Virus record (IMG/VR): IMGVR_UViG_3300037296_000406 | Strand: one strand, 5' to 3' | Length of the DNA: 64,000 nt | Source of the DNA: an uncultured virus (IMG/VR IMGVR_UViG_3300037296_000406) | Lineage: Duplodnaviria; Heunggongvirae; Uroviricota; Caudoviricetes | In this document: piece by piece, positions 9,993 through 20,910 of the stretch | Layout of the letters: each line of letters starts with the position of its first letter | Position numbering within the stretch: position 1 is the first letter of the stretch | The notes under the pieces: generated by a model | The model's database searches: none | The model's input: only the letters and a program-made list of their open reading frames with translations | What the model was told of the DNA's origin: nothing | Translations under genes and position numbers: made by a program

Positions 9993-10184
9993 TTACTTTC
10001 TAAGTATTTTGTTTTTTACTTTTTTCATGAACATACTATTTTTACTTGGCATTTTTTTAATTCTTTCTTCATAAGTTTCACATACGTTATCGCGTAAACA
10101 CCACTCACATTTTTTTGTATTATTAAACTGCTCTATTAGTCGAGTTTCATTACAAAATTTACATATTTTTACTGTAATACTCAT
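9993..10184 (-). CDS. Small zinc-finger protein
   Basis: CKFC...CEWC; AAGGA SD; last gene of the 12760 operon. Confidence 0.6.
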   Translation of the reverse strand: MSITVKICKFCNETRLIEQFNNTKKCEWCLRDNVCETYEERIKKMPSKNSMFMKKVKNKILRK

Positions 10185-10202
10185 TTAAATTATCCTTTTT
10201 AA

Positions 10203-11108
10203 TTAAGCAATTAATTGTTCTTTTGTATTTTTAACTGTATTGCATGCTAAGTCAATAAGCTTACAGATAGAATCTCTATCAATATAAGAAACTTCATTAT
10301 CTTTAGCTAAATCTATTGCAGGTCCTGTAAGATAATTATTTGTAATTACCATTGGATGCAATTTTTTAAGAAAATGCTTTTCATACATTTTAACTGCACC
10401 AACAACTTCTTGTACGGCTGTATTACCTACTGTACTAGAGTAATGTTTACATTGAATAATTAACCCATCTTTCATTGACCCAAAAACATACTGAGGTTCA
10501 TTAAAAAAAACTAATACATCGGCACCTTGTTCGCCATTACCTGCTCGATTCATTATACTTTCTGGTAAATCGTTTTCATCTTTAAGATCCATTGTTGTTT
10601 TTGATATATGTCCGCAAGCTCTATAAAGTTTAGCTATGTAGTACTCAAAATCACGACCATTATCACCTAACTTATCAATTTCTTCAATTGTCAAATTTAA
10701 ATTAGCGTTATCTTTACTTGAATTATTAAATGTTTTGTCGTACTGTTTCTTTACAATTCCTAACGGAATTAATATTGTATTCTCTACTAATATCTTTAAC
10801 CTTTTATACCCGAAGATAACCATAGAGAGGCTAATAGAAACTGATATTACTTTTAAAAAATTATACTCTATACTAGGATATATTTTAGTAATTACAGCCA
10901 TAATAAGAGCTTGAACAGTTATTACTTTAAAGCTGAATAAAAATATTTTAGACAAACCTTTCTTTAATATTAATAGAAATAGAATACTACCTAAACCTAA
11001 TAAAAAATAATTATTATAATTGTTTGGAATAAATCTTGATATATAACTACCTGCTACAATAGTTAATGTCGAAGAAAGCATTAATGTGTAAATAAAATTC
11101 TTAATCAA
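10203..11108 (-). CDS. Membrane-anchored Mrr-family (PD-(D/E)XK) endonuclease
   Basis: Four N-terminal TM segments, then DFEYYIAKLY, EQGADVL, IIQCKHY, VGNTAVQEVVGA, VITNN. Confidence 0.8.
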   Translation of the reverse strand: MIKNFIYTLMLSSTLTIVAGSYISRFIPNNYNNYFLLGLGSILFLLILKKGLSKIFLFSFKVITVQALIMAVITKIYPSIEYNFLKVISVSISLSMVIFGYKRLKILVENTILIPLGIVKKQYDKTFNNSSKDNANLNLTIEEIDKLGDNGRDFEYYIAKLYRACGHISKTTMDLKDENDLPESIMNRAGNGEQGADVLVFFNEPQYVFGSMKDGLIIQCKHYSSTVGNTAVQEVVGAVKMYEKHFLKKLHPMVITNNYLTGPAIDLAKDNEVSYIDRDSICKLIDLACNTVKNTKEQLIA

Positions 11109-11110
11109 AT

Positions 11111-12760
11111 TTAAACCTTGGTTACTTTTTTAATAGCTTCTTCTAAAGATATCCCATCGTCTTTAATCAATCGAATAACTTCATTTCTTAATCCTGCACG
11201 CTTTAACCTTTCAGCAGATATATTACCTTTATATTTTCTACTAATTAATTCCCACCAAGTGTCTGAAATTGAGTAGTCAAAACTATTAGAATTAACATAA
11301 TTTTCCAAATTCATTCTTTTATGTAAAGGCTTTGTTTCTTGAGCATACTTAAAAGATATTTGTACAGGTTCGCTTCCAAAACTTTTAGAAAATAATTCTT
11401 TAGAAAAAGGAAATTCTTCATATTGAGAACATAATATTTTTATTAATAATCCTTCATTTTCTTTTTTATAAAAGAAATACATATCTTCATCTTCTATGTC
11501 TTGATGGCTATACAATGCAGATACCCATCCCTCGGAAAAAGACCAATCATCAGAATAGACATCTAAAAATTTATTTCTTAAAAATGAATGTAAAGTATTA
11601 TCGACCACACCCATTGAGTGAAATGTGTTATCAAAAAGTCCAAATATAACACTTCCATTTCTTAGTATTAAAGGAAAGTCTTCATAATTCAATGGAGTAA
11701 AGCACACTCTTGTTCCTTGAACAATTTTTTCATTTTTTTCATAACAATAAAGCTCTCCGCAAAGACTTGCCTTATCCATAATATTCTTTTTCATGTCTTT
11801 AAAATCTATATTATCTTTGGTTGCAACATAACCTAAAGTAGAAACAAAAACTATTTCATTGTCAGATAAAGATGATGCACTGTTTGGGAATCTTGACATA
11901 GCTTCTAATATACCAATACCTGTAGAAGCTTTTGATATTCCATAGTGAGGATTTTTTTCAGCTTCATTTCCAATATATGGATTAAGTTGAAAATTTACGA
12001 CCTCTCCATTTCTTGTAGTCATAACTAAAGTTTTAAAACCTTCTTCATCTAACTCTTTCATATATTTATTGAAAAATGCTAATGCAATACTAAACTTATC
12101 AATCTTTTTTTCTTTTCTTAGTACTAAAATCAATTCTTTTAAAGCTAGCATATCATGGCAATCAGTTCTAACTTCTTCAAGTAACGTTGAGCTAGGCTTA
12201 TCTACATCACCATCTTCTTGATTAGATTGTAAATTAGTTATTCCGTATTGCTCCGTATCTTCGACTTCTGTAGTGTCATTCTGTTCATGACCCAAAACAG
12301 GTCCTATAAAATTATAATTAGAGCTAAATAGCCTTTTTTCAGATAACTCTATGACTTTTTTAATAATAGGCATTCTTAATTCTGATTCAAACATTAGAGG
12401 TGTCATTAGCTCATATAATTCTTCTTTCATTTCATTAAAATTATCATAACTATCTGTTTGTAACAAATATTTAGCTCTTAGTTCCATTTGATAATATATT
12501 GAAAAAGTGAAATCTCTATAAGACTTACTTTCCAAAGAATTTTCATAATCTACAGATACAGAACTATCAAAATTTGATAATAATGTTGTCTGGTCAGCTA
12601 AATATTTTATAATAGCACCATTAGTAAAACTAGTAACTTTATTTTTAGTTAACATGTAGGCAACACTATCAGATACTGTAGAAAATAAATCATAATTGTA
12701 TTCTTTAACTTCTTTAGTTTCTAAGCTTTCACCAAAATATTTTTTTAATTTTTCATCCAT
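11111..12760 (-). CDS. Hypothetical protein
   Basis: 549-aa ORF, AAGGAG SD; no recognised motif. Confidence 0.75.
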   Translation of the reverse strand: MDEKLKKYFGESLETKEVKEYNYDLFSTVSDSVAYMLTKNKVTSFTNGAIIKYLADQTTLLSNFDSSVSVDYENSLESKSYRDFTFSIYYQMELRAKYLLQTDSYDNFNEMKEELYELMTPLMFESELRMPIIKKVIELSEKRLFSSNYNFIGPVLGHEQNDTTEVEDTEQYGITNLQSNQEDGDVDKPSSTLLEEVRTDCHDMLALKELILVLRKEKKIDKFSIALAFFNKYMKELDEEGFKTLVMTTRNGEVVNFQLNPYIGNEAEKNPHYGISKASTGIGILEAMSRFPNSASSLSDNEIVFVSTLGYVATKDNIDFKDMKKNIMDKASLCGELYCYEKNEKIVQGTRVCFTPLNYEDFPLILRNGSVIFGLFDNTFHSMGVVDNTLHSFLRNKFLDVYSDDWSFSEGWVSALYSHQDIEDEDMYFFYKKENEGLLIKILCSQYEEFPFSKELFSKSFGSEPVQISFKYAQETKPLHKRMNLENYVNSNSFDYSISDTWWELISRKYKGNISAERLKRAGLRNEVIRLIKDDGISLEEAIKKVTKV

Positions 12761-12779
12761 TGAATGATCTCCTTAATAC

Positions 12780-12808
12780 ATTATAGCAAAAACCTGTAAA
12801 AAAATCAA
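12780..12808 (-). promoter_or_regulatory. Near-consensus sigma70 promoter
   Basis: Minus strand TTGATT-17 nt-TATAAT with extended -10 TG, upstream of ATG 12760. Confidence 0.7.
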
Positions 12809-12822
12809 ACTATTTATATATA

Positions 12823-15800
12823 TTAACTACTTATATCTAATTTGTCTTTTAATTTCAATAATTTATCTCTCTTAGAAGGCTCCACAGATTCTATCAAAGC
12901 TGGATTATCAAACATATTATCAAGTCTTTCTTTTAAAGAAGTTAGTCTATTCCTTAAATCTGAATTAGTTATATTATTTACTTTAATGACCCCATCCGAT
13001 TCCATTATCGACTCTGAACCATTCGACAGTTTTATCATATCTTGCCCCGTTACAAAATCTGTAGTAGACTTCATCGATATTCCATTACCTAATTCTCCAT
13101 CAGAAACACTGTCACTAAAAGCGGTTAATATAGCTTTATTCTCTTCATTAAACTTTAAAAATTCTTCACTAGAAGCCATAAACTTTGAAGTTTCACTATC
13201 TAGAGTTTCAGCTTTTACTGCTAATTCTCTCAAATTTTTATTTGCGTTTCCGATGTACATATTATTGTTATCTTTTAAATCAATACTATCTGTCATCATT
13301 TGAATTCTATTATTAGCTTCTTCTGAAAGAGCTGAATCTCCGCTTTCTTTATTTTTTACAATATTTCTTAATTCAGCTTCAGTATTACTACTATTTGCAT
13401 TATTTAGAATGTCTTGAGGTCTAAGTTTTGTATAATCAGAATTTTCCATAAAGGTATCTTGCATACCCTTATTCATTGTTCCATCACTATATAAATTAGA
13501 TATTTTTTGAGAATTAGCTAAAGAAGGATTACTCTTATATTTCTTTAAAGCTTTTGCTATTTGCTTCTCTTTTTCATTTCTATGTGACTGATATGAATTA
13601 GATTTTTCTATTAAATCAAGTCTATCTTGAGCTTCTGAACTCATTTTATTCCTATCTTCTGGACTATAGTTTCCTAAAGCTGAGTACACGCTATTGTTAA
13701 TATCCCCATTTATTTTTGACTCATCTAAGTTGCCATTTTCATCTAAGATATCAGCGTTACTTAATTGAGTATCAATGGAATTTCTGCCTGCTTCATCACC
13801 AGAATAATCTAGCCCTCTCATTTCACTAACAAGAGAGTTTGACTGATTTCGAGCTACCCCAGAATCTGTCATGTCTAACTTGTTTCTTTCTGACTCTAAA
13901 AGTTCTTCATTATCATATATATTAGCTAGTTTATCAGAATGTTTCTGGTCCATCTTTTCAAAAGAAGAGCTTACTCCACTTTCTATATTACCCGCAATAT
14001 TTTCATGCATTCTTACAGATCCACTTCCTGCTCCAGAAGCAACTAAGTTTCCGACCTTTTGAAATCTGTTTGAATATTTTTTAAATCTATTACCAAACTC
14101 TTTTCTAGCATTGTTTTTATTTAATTTATTTCTACCTGAATCTTCGTTTGAACGTCCTTCGTTCACGGTATTACCAGCTCCAGAAACTAATCCATTTTTA
14201 GAAGTATTCTCTCCAGAAGTAGCATCAAAATTATCACTTCCAGATTCAGAACGAATATTATTTACAGATGTTGTGTTACTTCCATTTCCACCACTAGAAT
14301 CTCCAGTTCCTCCAGAATTTCCACCTGACTTATTATTTTTTTCAGCATTTAAACTAGCTTTATTCTTCTTGTCTTCGTTAGCTTTAATTTGTTCTGGTGT
14401 GTCTTCGTTTTTTAGAATACTATCAGCAAAGTTCCTAGTGAACATTTCTTTTTGACCTTTATCTCCAAACATACCTTCTTGAGCACCTAGCTTTGCATTA
14501 GCAAATATTTTCTGACCTTTAGAACCTTCCCATGCTTCGCTTGCTTTATTCAGACCAGAAAATTTCTTACCAGCATTCTTTAATCCTTGTCCACCTTTAG
14601 ACATAGCACCACCTACTCTTCTTAGCTTTGAATTAGGTCCAAGAGTACTGGCTGCGCCTTTCATCGCGCCCATTCCACCCTTAGCTGCCATTACTCCGCC
14701 AGCTACACCAGCGCCAGCTACAACAGCGGCAATTTTTGCAGAAGCTGATATTCCCGATGAAACTAATTCTCCACCCAAACTAACCAACTTAGAAAAACTA
14801 AAATTTGCAATTGTTAAACATGTCTCTTTAACTTTACCAAGAGCAATAATATTAACAATTAAAATAACTAGTATTGTAAAATAAACTACAAGTAATAATT
14901 GATAGAATGTAAATGTAAATTGTATAATATTATAGGCACTGTCTCCAGCTTTAGCTGCGTCATTAAATAACTGCTTAAATACCCCATAAGATGCATAATG
15001 TAATCCCATCATAAGTAATGATGTAAAAAATGTAAATAAATCGGTTACAAATCCAAATAATGTTATTGCATATAATGTTCTATATGCACCTAATACATTT
15101 TTTCTCTCTTTTGGAAGAAGTAACATAGGAGATATTAACTTAGCAAAGACTAACATACCTGCTGATCCGATTCCATATCCTATAATTAAAAACATAGTAA
15201 CCATACTTCTGACGGCTTCTAGTGCCCAAACGAGAACTGGGAAAACTATAACGAAAATAAAGTCAGTAAATACAAGTTGGACAAATGTAATTAAATTGAT
15301 TACCATTAGTCCTGCTTCAGCTAGAACATCATACCAACTACCTCCAGTATCAGCCTCTTTTGCTGCTGTTTTTGACCCACAAGGCTTACCTTGACAGGCA
15401 ACTGATTTATCTAAAGCGTTTCCTAAAGGCATTTTATCTCTTACACATTTTAAATAACCACCTTCATTTAAAGGGGTACATGTTGTTCTCGCCCATTTTG
15501 CCTGACCTAGTAAATACATTATTTCTTGATATGCAAAAGTTTGGAGATTTTGTGGCATAGGAATAATAGATCCAGAAGGTTCTACTTTTACATTAACTGC
15601 ATTTCTTAACGTTGCAGATAAACTATCGAAAAACTGTTTTAAAGCATTATAAATATCTCTATCTATCGTTGGGACTTGTTTAATACTAGAAATATCTACG
15701 TCTAATTTAGCTAACAATGTATTCTTTCCTGAAGGTAAGTTTTCAGCAGACATATAATCATATTGGGGACCTAAATTAAAATCTATAATTCGTCTAGGGT

Positions 15801-16047
15801 TTATTAATCCGAAATTTGCAAAAACAACAAGTAAACAAAGAGATAGTGTAAGCATTTTTCTAGCAAACTCTCTAGAATTATCAATAGATCCAATAGCATC
15901 AAGAATAGCAATTAAAAGACAAAGACCTGTAAGTCCCTGAATAAACCCTGAACTCCAAGAAATAACTGGATTATTAATTAGGTAAAAACTAATTCCACCT
16001 AGAAGGTCTGCGTTGAATATTTTTTGATACGTCATCAAGCTTTTCAT
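12823..16047 (-). CDS. Extended VirB6/TrbL-like polytopic membrane protein
   Basis: Multiple TM helices in first ~450 aa, Gly/Ala-rich linker (AAVVAGAGVAGGVMAAKGGMG), long hydrophilic low-complexity C-terminus; in virB4 cluster. Confidence 0.65.
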   Translation of the reverse strand: MKSLMTYQKIFNADLLGGISFYLINNPVISWSSGFIQGLTGLCLLIAILDAIGSIDNSREFARKMLTLSLCLLVVFANFGLINPRRIIDFNLGPQYDYMSAENLPSGKNTLLAKLDVDISSIKQVPTIDRDIYNALKQFFDSLSATLRNAVNVKVEPSGSIIPMPQNLQTFAYQEIMYLLGQAKWARTTCTPLNEGGYLKCVRDKMPLGNALDKSVACQGKPCGSKTAAKEADTGGSWYDVLAEAGLMVINLITFVQLVFTDFIFVIVFPVLVWALEAVRSMVTMFLIIGYGIGSAGMLVFAKLISPMLLLPKERKNVLGAYRTLYAITLFGFVTDLFTFFTSLLMMGLHYASYGVFKQLFNDAAKAGDSAYNIIQFTFTFYQLLLVVYFTILVILIVNIIALGKVKETCLTIANFSFSKLVSLGGELVSSGISASAKIAAVVAGAGVAGGVMAAKGGMGAMKGAASTLGPNSKLRRVGGAMSKGGQGLKNAGKKFSGLNKASEAWEGSKGQKIFANAKLGAQEGMFGDKGQKEMFTRNFADSILKNEDTPEQIKANEDKKNKASLNAEKNNKSGGNSGGTGDSSGGNGSNTTSVNNIRSESGSDNFDATSGENTSKNGLVSGAGNTVNEGRSNEDSGRNKLNKNNARKEFGNRFKKYSNRFQKVGNLVASGAGSGSVRMHENIAGNIESGVSSSFEKMDQKHSDKLANIYDNEELLESERNKLDMTDSGVARNQSNSLVSEMRGLDYSGDEAGRNSIDTQLSNADILDENGNLDESKINGDINNSVYSALGNYSPEDRNKMSSEAQDRLDLIEKSNSYQSHRNEKEKQIAKALKKYKSNPSLANSQKISNLYSDGTMNKGMQDTFMENSDYTKLRPQDILNNANSSNTEAELRNIVKNKESGDSALSEEANNRIQMMTDSIDLKDNNNMYIGNANKNLRELAVKAETLDSETSKFMASSEEFLKFNEENKAILTAFSDSVSDGELGNGISMKSTTDFVTGQDMIKLSNGSESIMESDGVIKVNNITNSDLRNRLTSLKERLDNMFDNPALIESVEPSKRDKLLKLKDKLDISS

Positions 16048-16081
16048 TAAACTAACTTCCTCATTTAAATATATAAATATA

Positions 16082-16089
16082 TAAATGGT
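16082..16089 (-). promoter_or_regulatory. TCCATTTA-family motif (ACCATTTA)
   Basis: 34 nt upstream of ATG 16047, GAGGAA SD in between. Confidence 0.6.
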
Positions 16090-16128
16090 TTTTCATGAAT
16101 TTTTTATATAAAAAATATACTAAATAGT

Positions 16129-17874
16129 TTACAGTGAAGATCCACTTGTATCTGGAGCGCCCATAACGCTTCCTGCGCCACCCGCTTCTTGAAGATTTAA
16201 TATTTTCTGTTCATCCATTTCTAATTTCTTTTGAGCCTTTTGAGCCGACTTATATTTACTTTCTCTTTCAAGGTCTTCATTAATAGATCTTTCTGTTCCC
16301 GACTTAACAACTTCTTCAAGTAATGCATTGTTTGTATTTTGTAACTCAATATCTATTTTAGCCATTTCACCCGGAGTGAACTGAGGTCTACAGCTTTCTT
16401 GAGATGCTTGTGTTGTTTTCATTCTGTTTGTCATCTCATTTTTTGAATTTGATATATTATTTGGAGTATCTTCAATAATTGGGCTTGTTTGTAAATACAA
16501 CGACTCAAAAGTCCATATTTTAGCCTGAGAATCTTTTGCCATTCTAATATCGTTTCTCATCAACTGAACATAATTTTCCATTAAATTTTTCATTTCACTT
16601 TCTCTTACTTTAAGTTGCTCTCTACACCTTTCTTGTGCTCGTGTTAGTTCAGTATAATATCTAGGATTATTTCTGTCTGTTACAGCTAAAGTAAATGCTA
16701 ATTGTTGCTCGCTACACTCAAAAGCATAGTTTCTATATTTTTCTTCAATACGACCTTTTTTTCCATCAAATAAACCAAATGAACCTGAAACTAAAAATTG
16801 GCTTGTTATAAACTTATCCCACTTTTTAATATGAGAATCAAATCTTTCCCAAGGGTCATTGTTTGGAATTACTGATATTTTTTGATATGGAACTGGATCT
16901 TTCTCATCCTTATAGTCAGCTTCTGGCATTCCCGGCGCATCACCAGATTTAGCTTTCAACTTACCAGTAGGAACTTCTCTTTTTACGTAAACTACAGAAT
17001 CTACTTTCCTGTATCCAAACCCTTTATTAACAAGGCTTAATACATCATTTTTATAATCTTCTAAATCAGAAACATCCACATACATATCAGCTCCCATTTT
17101 CATAAGTTGTTCTTGAAAAAATCTAATCCTTTCTTCTTGTCTTTTGATATTAGCTTGCTCAGGAATAACTTTAGTCTGATATTCTTTTTGATAGTTTTTA
17201 TCGTTAGGTGCATCTGGACATGAAGATGCTTCAGATAAGATTGCTCTATTGTATGAAAGTTGAGCTACTCTTTGTAACTTTCTTCTTCGTTCTTGACGAG
17301 ATTCAATCCCCTCAGGATCTTTAACTCCATTTTGTTTTTGATAATATTTAGCTGTTTTATCAGCAGTATCAATTAGGGCTTTGTGGACATATGCCGAACG
17401 CATAGCACCTTTCCTAAAACCTCCATTACCTCGTAAGTCGTAAATCATATTAGATGTATTCCATAATAGATCAGCTTGGTTTAAATGGTCATTCCATTTT
17501 TTTCCTGTAAGATCGTTTAAAAATCTTGCAGAATGAAATATTGCACCCGAAGTATCTAGTGACTGAAGTTGAGTTAAGTAATCACATATTTTAAAAAGAA
17601 CTGACTCATTCTGAACCATTCCTGTAGTAATCCCCGGAATACCAATGACAGGCCACATAACTGTAGAATAAGATTGTAATATTGGAGCAAGAGCTTGGAG
17701 CTTCTGACAAAATGAATAACCAACAGCAAAAGGTCCTAAATTTGCAATAGGATTTTTTGCTTCTATATTAGGAGCAGAACCAGAGCCTTCGAACAAATCA
17801 GAAAATCTGTTTTGAGCTTGCGCATTCTGTTGCGTAATAAATATAGTTAAAAAAATTGTTGCAAATATTTTCAT
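16129..17874 (-). CDS. Secreted helical protein in the VirB5/TrbJ position (paralog of 39015..40802)
   Basis: Signal peptide (AQA); lies between virB4 and virB6; Cys positions and blocks shared with paralog (RSAYVHKxLID, AQLSY, GKKGRxEEKYR, FECSE). Confidence 0.5.
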   Translation of the reverse strand: MKIFATIFLTIFITQQNAQAQNRFSDLFEGSGSAPNIEAKNPIANLGPFAVGYSFCQKLQALAPILQSYSTVMWPVIGIPGITTGMVQNESVLFKICDYLTQLQSLDTSGAIFHSARFLNDLTGKKWNDHLNQADLLWNTSNMIYDLRGNGGFRKGAMRSAYVHKALIDTADKTAKYYQKQNGVKDPEGIESRQERRRKLQRVAQLSYNRAILSEASSCPDAPNDKNYQKEYQTKVIPEQANIKRQEERIRFFQEQLMKMGADMYVDVSDLEDYKNDVLSLVNKGFGYRKVDSVVYVKREVPTGKLKAKSGDAPGMPEADYKDEKDPVPYQKISVIPNNDPWERFDSHIKKWDKFITSQFLVSGSFGLFDGKKGRIEEKYRNYAFECSEQQLAFTLAVTDRNNPRYYTELTRAQERCREQLKVRESEMKNLMENYVQLMRNDIRMAKDSQAKIWTFESLYLQTSPIIEDTPNNISNSKNEMTNRMKTTQASQESCRPQFTPGEMAKIDIELQNTNNALLEEVVKSGTERSINEDLERESKYKSAQKAQKKLEMDEQKILNLQEAGGAGSVMGAPDTSGSSL

Positions 17875-17896
17875 TTAAGTATTGTTCCTTATGTAT

Positions 17897-17904
17897 TAAA
17901 TGGA
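17897..17904 (-). promoter_or_regulatory. TCCATTTA motif
   Basis: 22 nt upstream of ATG 17874, AAGGAA SD in between. Confidence 0.65.
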
Positions 17905-17955
17905 TAACTATTAGAAAAAGTTAGTTAAAGTCTTAAATTATTTCAAATTTAAAAC

Positions 17956-20910
17956 TTAGGTTAATTCCCCTCTAACACTTCTAGCAATATTAAAGTGACC
18001 AGCATCATCTAAAAACTTAGCTAATTTTAAATCACCAATATGATTTCTTCCTGCAATATACTTTAAAGTGTCCATTAAACTAGAAAACTTTTCTGTATGG
18101 TCCATATAATAACTTATCATTGCATTGTCTTCTGCTGATGATGAATAAAGCATATATTCAAAGGGGTCCAGAATATTTTTAAAAGAATAAACTGTCTTAC
18201 CAATAAGCATCATAAATTTAGAATATGCGGCTTTATAACTTCCATCTGGTTGTAATATTTTCTTTACACCAAGAGTACTTAGTTCTTTAGAAGTTTCTTC
18301 GCTCAACTGATATTCTCTTGAAACATCATCAAGTGCTTGTTGACCTTCAAAGAAACAGAAAATATTAACTTGCATGTTTGACATAATTGCCTTACCTACT
18401 TGAGCATCAGGAACCATGTAATCTGTTGGTAGTTGAGATATTGCTATAGTAGCAAATCCATTCTTTCTTGCAGTTCTTAAATCTTCTACAAAGAAATCTC
18501 TAGCTCTTTCATTTTTCATTAAAGACCATGCCTCATCTCTTACAATAAATTTTCTTCTATTTCTTGTAAAATACATTTTATCTGAAAATAACTGAGATAT
18601 TAATAAAGTGTACATCATTTGTAGCTTAGGTTCGTTTTCAACACCTTTCATATCTGCAAGAATAATATCATTACTCATATCAATACTTGTTGGTTGATCA
18701 AACATTGGATATTGACCCTCTACAGTCCAGTTTTTAAGTTTGTTTAAAAGTTTTCTAGATGCATTTGCAGTTTTATCTACTTTAGTTTCTGCGACATTGT
18801 ATAAGTCTGTCATTCTTGGAAATCGATTCTCTGTCTCACCTATATGCTCATAAGTACTAAGTACAATTTGAGAAATTTCATCTGGGTCAAAATTAGAAAA
18901 TCCATCTATTTTTTTTCCACTTGATGATAAAATAACTTCGAGTAGAGCCATTATCATATTTATTTTATTTTGGTCAGGTAAGCATTCTCCGGGTTTTAGA
19001 GTTAGTAATTCTTTATACTCAGGTTTAAATGGCATCTCCAGAGATTCTTCAAATTTTTTAATTAATATCTTATCATTTAATTTATCCGAACCTAAACTTA
19101 ATTTTTCGTTAAAATATGAAACAATTCTATTAGCCATATTTTGTTCATCAACATCTTCTGCATCAGGACCTAAGTCTAATTTAGCTCTATCTTCTATAAA
19201 AATTTTAGCTAAATCATATTTTTTCTTTTTTGTTGGAGTAGATCTTTCTGGTTGTAATTCTAACATTTGAATTCTTGGTTTTACTGGGCTTGCAAGAACA
19301 ATTCTAGTACCTTTAGCTAGTCTCATTATTTTATCATAAGAACCAACTTCATCACCACCTACATCTAAAATACATATAACTGGACCTTTACCCTTAGCTG
19401 TCTCAGCTAATTGCATAATTAATATAGCATTCATAAGAACAGACTTTCCAGAACCCGTTTGTCCTGAGATTGAATAATTCCATGCTGGTAAATTAGGATT
19501 CATTAGGTCAAAAGGAACTAAATTATCTTTCATGTCAACGAAATGGTTTGTTCCATTATGTTGAATACCTTTTATTTTATTATCGTACATAGATATAAAA
19601 TATGGTATATCTTGACTCATTAGTACAATCTTCTTAAGAACAAGTCCGTATACCGTTGACATCCCCGGAATTAGATTGCAAAAAACTTTCCATGAAGAAT
19701 GTGGCTCGTTTACCCATTCAGAAGAACCAAAAGCTGCAAAAACTCTTTTATTCATTATTTGGTCTAATTTTCTAATAACTTCTTTTCTTGTTAAATTTTC
19801 ATCTTTTGCGACTCTCTCCATTAGACTTTCTTCACATCTTAAAACTAAATTTGCAGAAACTTCAATTCCTGCACTATCTCCATAAGCAAAGACATCGTAA
19901 CTGTTAGACATTCTTTCTTCATTTGCAGTAATTGTTCTATCTTCAACGATTGCATCTTCATTTTGTCCAGAAACCATTCTTGATGTTGCCATTTTAAATT
20001 TAAAAGTATTTAACGTTTCTGGAAAACTCATTTTTCTAAATGATATAGAATATACAATTTCAAAAGGAACAGAATCTATTACATGTATACTTTTTCCATA
20101 TATCATTTTTGTTGGGGCTCTATCTAGAGTATAAATCTTATGATAATAATCATCTAGAGTAAACTCATCTTTTCTAACTTCTGCTCTAACTCCTGAGAAA
20201 AGTGCTTGCCTAGGAGACTCAATTCTTTCTGTTTCTTTGTTTATTTCTACATTACTTATTCTTGATTTTGCGGGTCTTGTAAATTTTTGCATTATATTGT
20301 AATAATCTTGCTCTTTTTTTAATATTTTAAAAGAACTTCCAATATCATCAAGCATTTGACACAGACTACTTTGAGTCTCGAGTGTTCTAGAAACTCTTTC
20401 GTCAATTCCTTCCATTGCTTTGTTTAAGTTAAAACTTACATTATTTCTATTTTTTATTTTATTTATTACTTTTTTTACAATCCCTTCCCTATCTGATAGG
20501 GTTATTTTATTTTTACAGTGAATAGCTAAATAATATTCATTTTCAAACAATGCATTATTGTCAGCTAATTTATTTAAAAATAAAGCTCTTGGTTGTGCAA
20601 ATTCTGGAATACCATGATACTGATCTTCTTCAACTCTCTTTGCTCTAATTCTATTCATTAAAAACTGTACTGTTATTCCATTATCATCTAAATCTTCAAT
20701 TATTGATTTTATTTTTTCAAACATATTTTCGTATTCATTTTCATCATATGAATTACAATTAATAGATTGAAAAGGAACTACCACAGAAGTTGAACCATCC
20801 ATGTGAATAGCGATAGGTTGTCCTTTAGATGTCTTTATTACTTTATATAAAGTTAAATCTTCATATATAGGACCTTCTAATCCTGTATGGTATTCTGTTC
20901 CTTTATTCAT
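17956..20910 (-). CDS. virB4: VirB4/TraC-family T4SS ATPase
   Basis: 984 aa; Walker A SGQTGSGKS; ILDVGG...SY; Walker B RDEAWSLM; TARKNGF; ISQLPTD; overlaps the upstream VirB3-like gene. Confidence 0.85.
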   Translation of the reverse strand: MNKGTEYHTGLEGPIYEDLTLYKVIKTSKGQPIAIHMDGSTSVVVPFQSINCNSYDENEYENMFEKIKSIIEDLDDNGITVQFLMNRIRAKRVEEDQYHGIPEFAQPRALFLNKLADNNALFENEYYLAIHCKNKITLSDREGIVKKVINKIKNRNNVSFNLNKAMEGIDERVSRTLETQSSLCQMLDDIGSSFKILKKEQDYYNIMQKFTRPAKSRISNVEINKETERIESPRQALFSGVRAEVRKDEFTLDDYYHKIYTLDRAPTKMIYGKSIHVIDSVPFEIVYSISFRKMSFPETLNTFKFKMATSRMVSGQNEDAIVEDRTITANEERMSNSYDVFAYGDSAGIEVSANLVLRCEESLMERVAKDENLTRKEVIRKLDQIMNKRVFAAFGSSEWVNEPHSSWKVFCNLIPGMSTVYGLVLKKIVLMSQDIPYFISMYDNKIKGIQHNGTNHFVDMKDNLVPFDLMNPNLPAWNYSISGQTGSGKSVLMNAILIMQLAETAKGKGPVICILDVGGDEVGSYDKIMRLAKGTRIVLASPVKPRIQMLELQPERSTPTKKKKYDLAKIFIEDRAKLDLGPDAEDVDEQNMANRIVSYFNEKLSLGSDKLNDKILIKKFEESLEMPFKPEYKELLTLKPGECLPDQNKINMIMALLEVILSSSGKKIDGFSNFDPDEISQIVLSTYEHIGETENRFPRMTDLYNVAETKVDKTANASRKLLNKLKNWTVEGQYPMFDQPTSIDMSNDIILADMKGVENEPKLQMMYTLLISQLFSDKMYFTRNRRKFIVRDEAWSLMKNERARDFFVEDLRTARKNGFATIAISQLPTDYMVPDAQVGKAIMSNMQVNIFCFFEGQQALDDVSREYQLSEETSKELSTLGVKKILQPDGSYKAAYSKFMMLIGKTVYSFKNILDPFEYMLYSSSAEDNAMISYYMDHTEKFSSLMDTLKYIAGRNHIGDLKLAKFLDDAGHFNIARSVRGELT

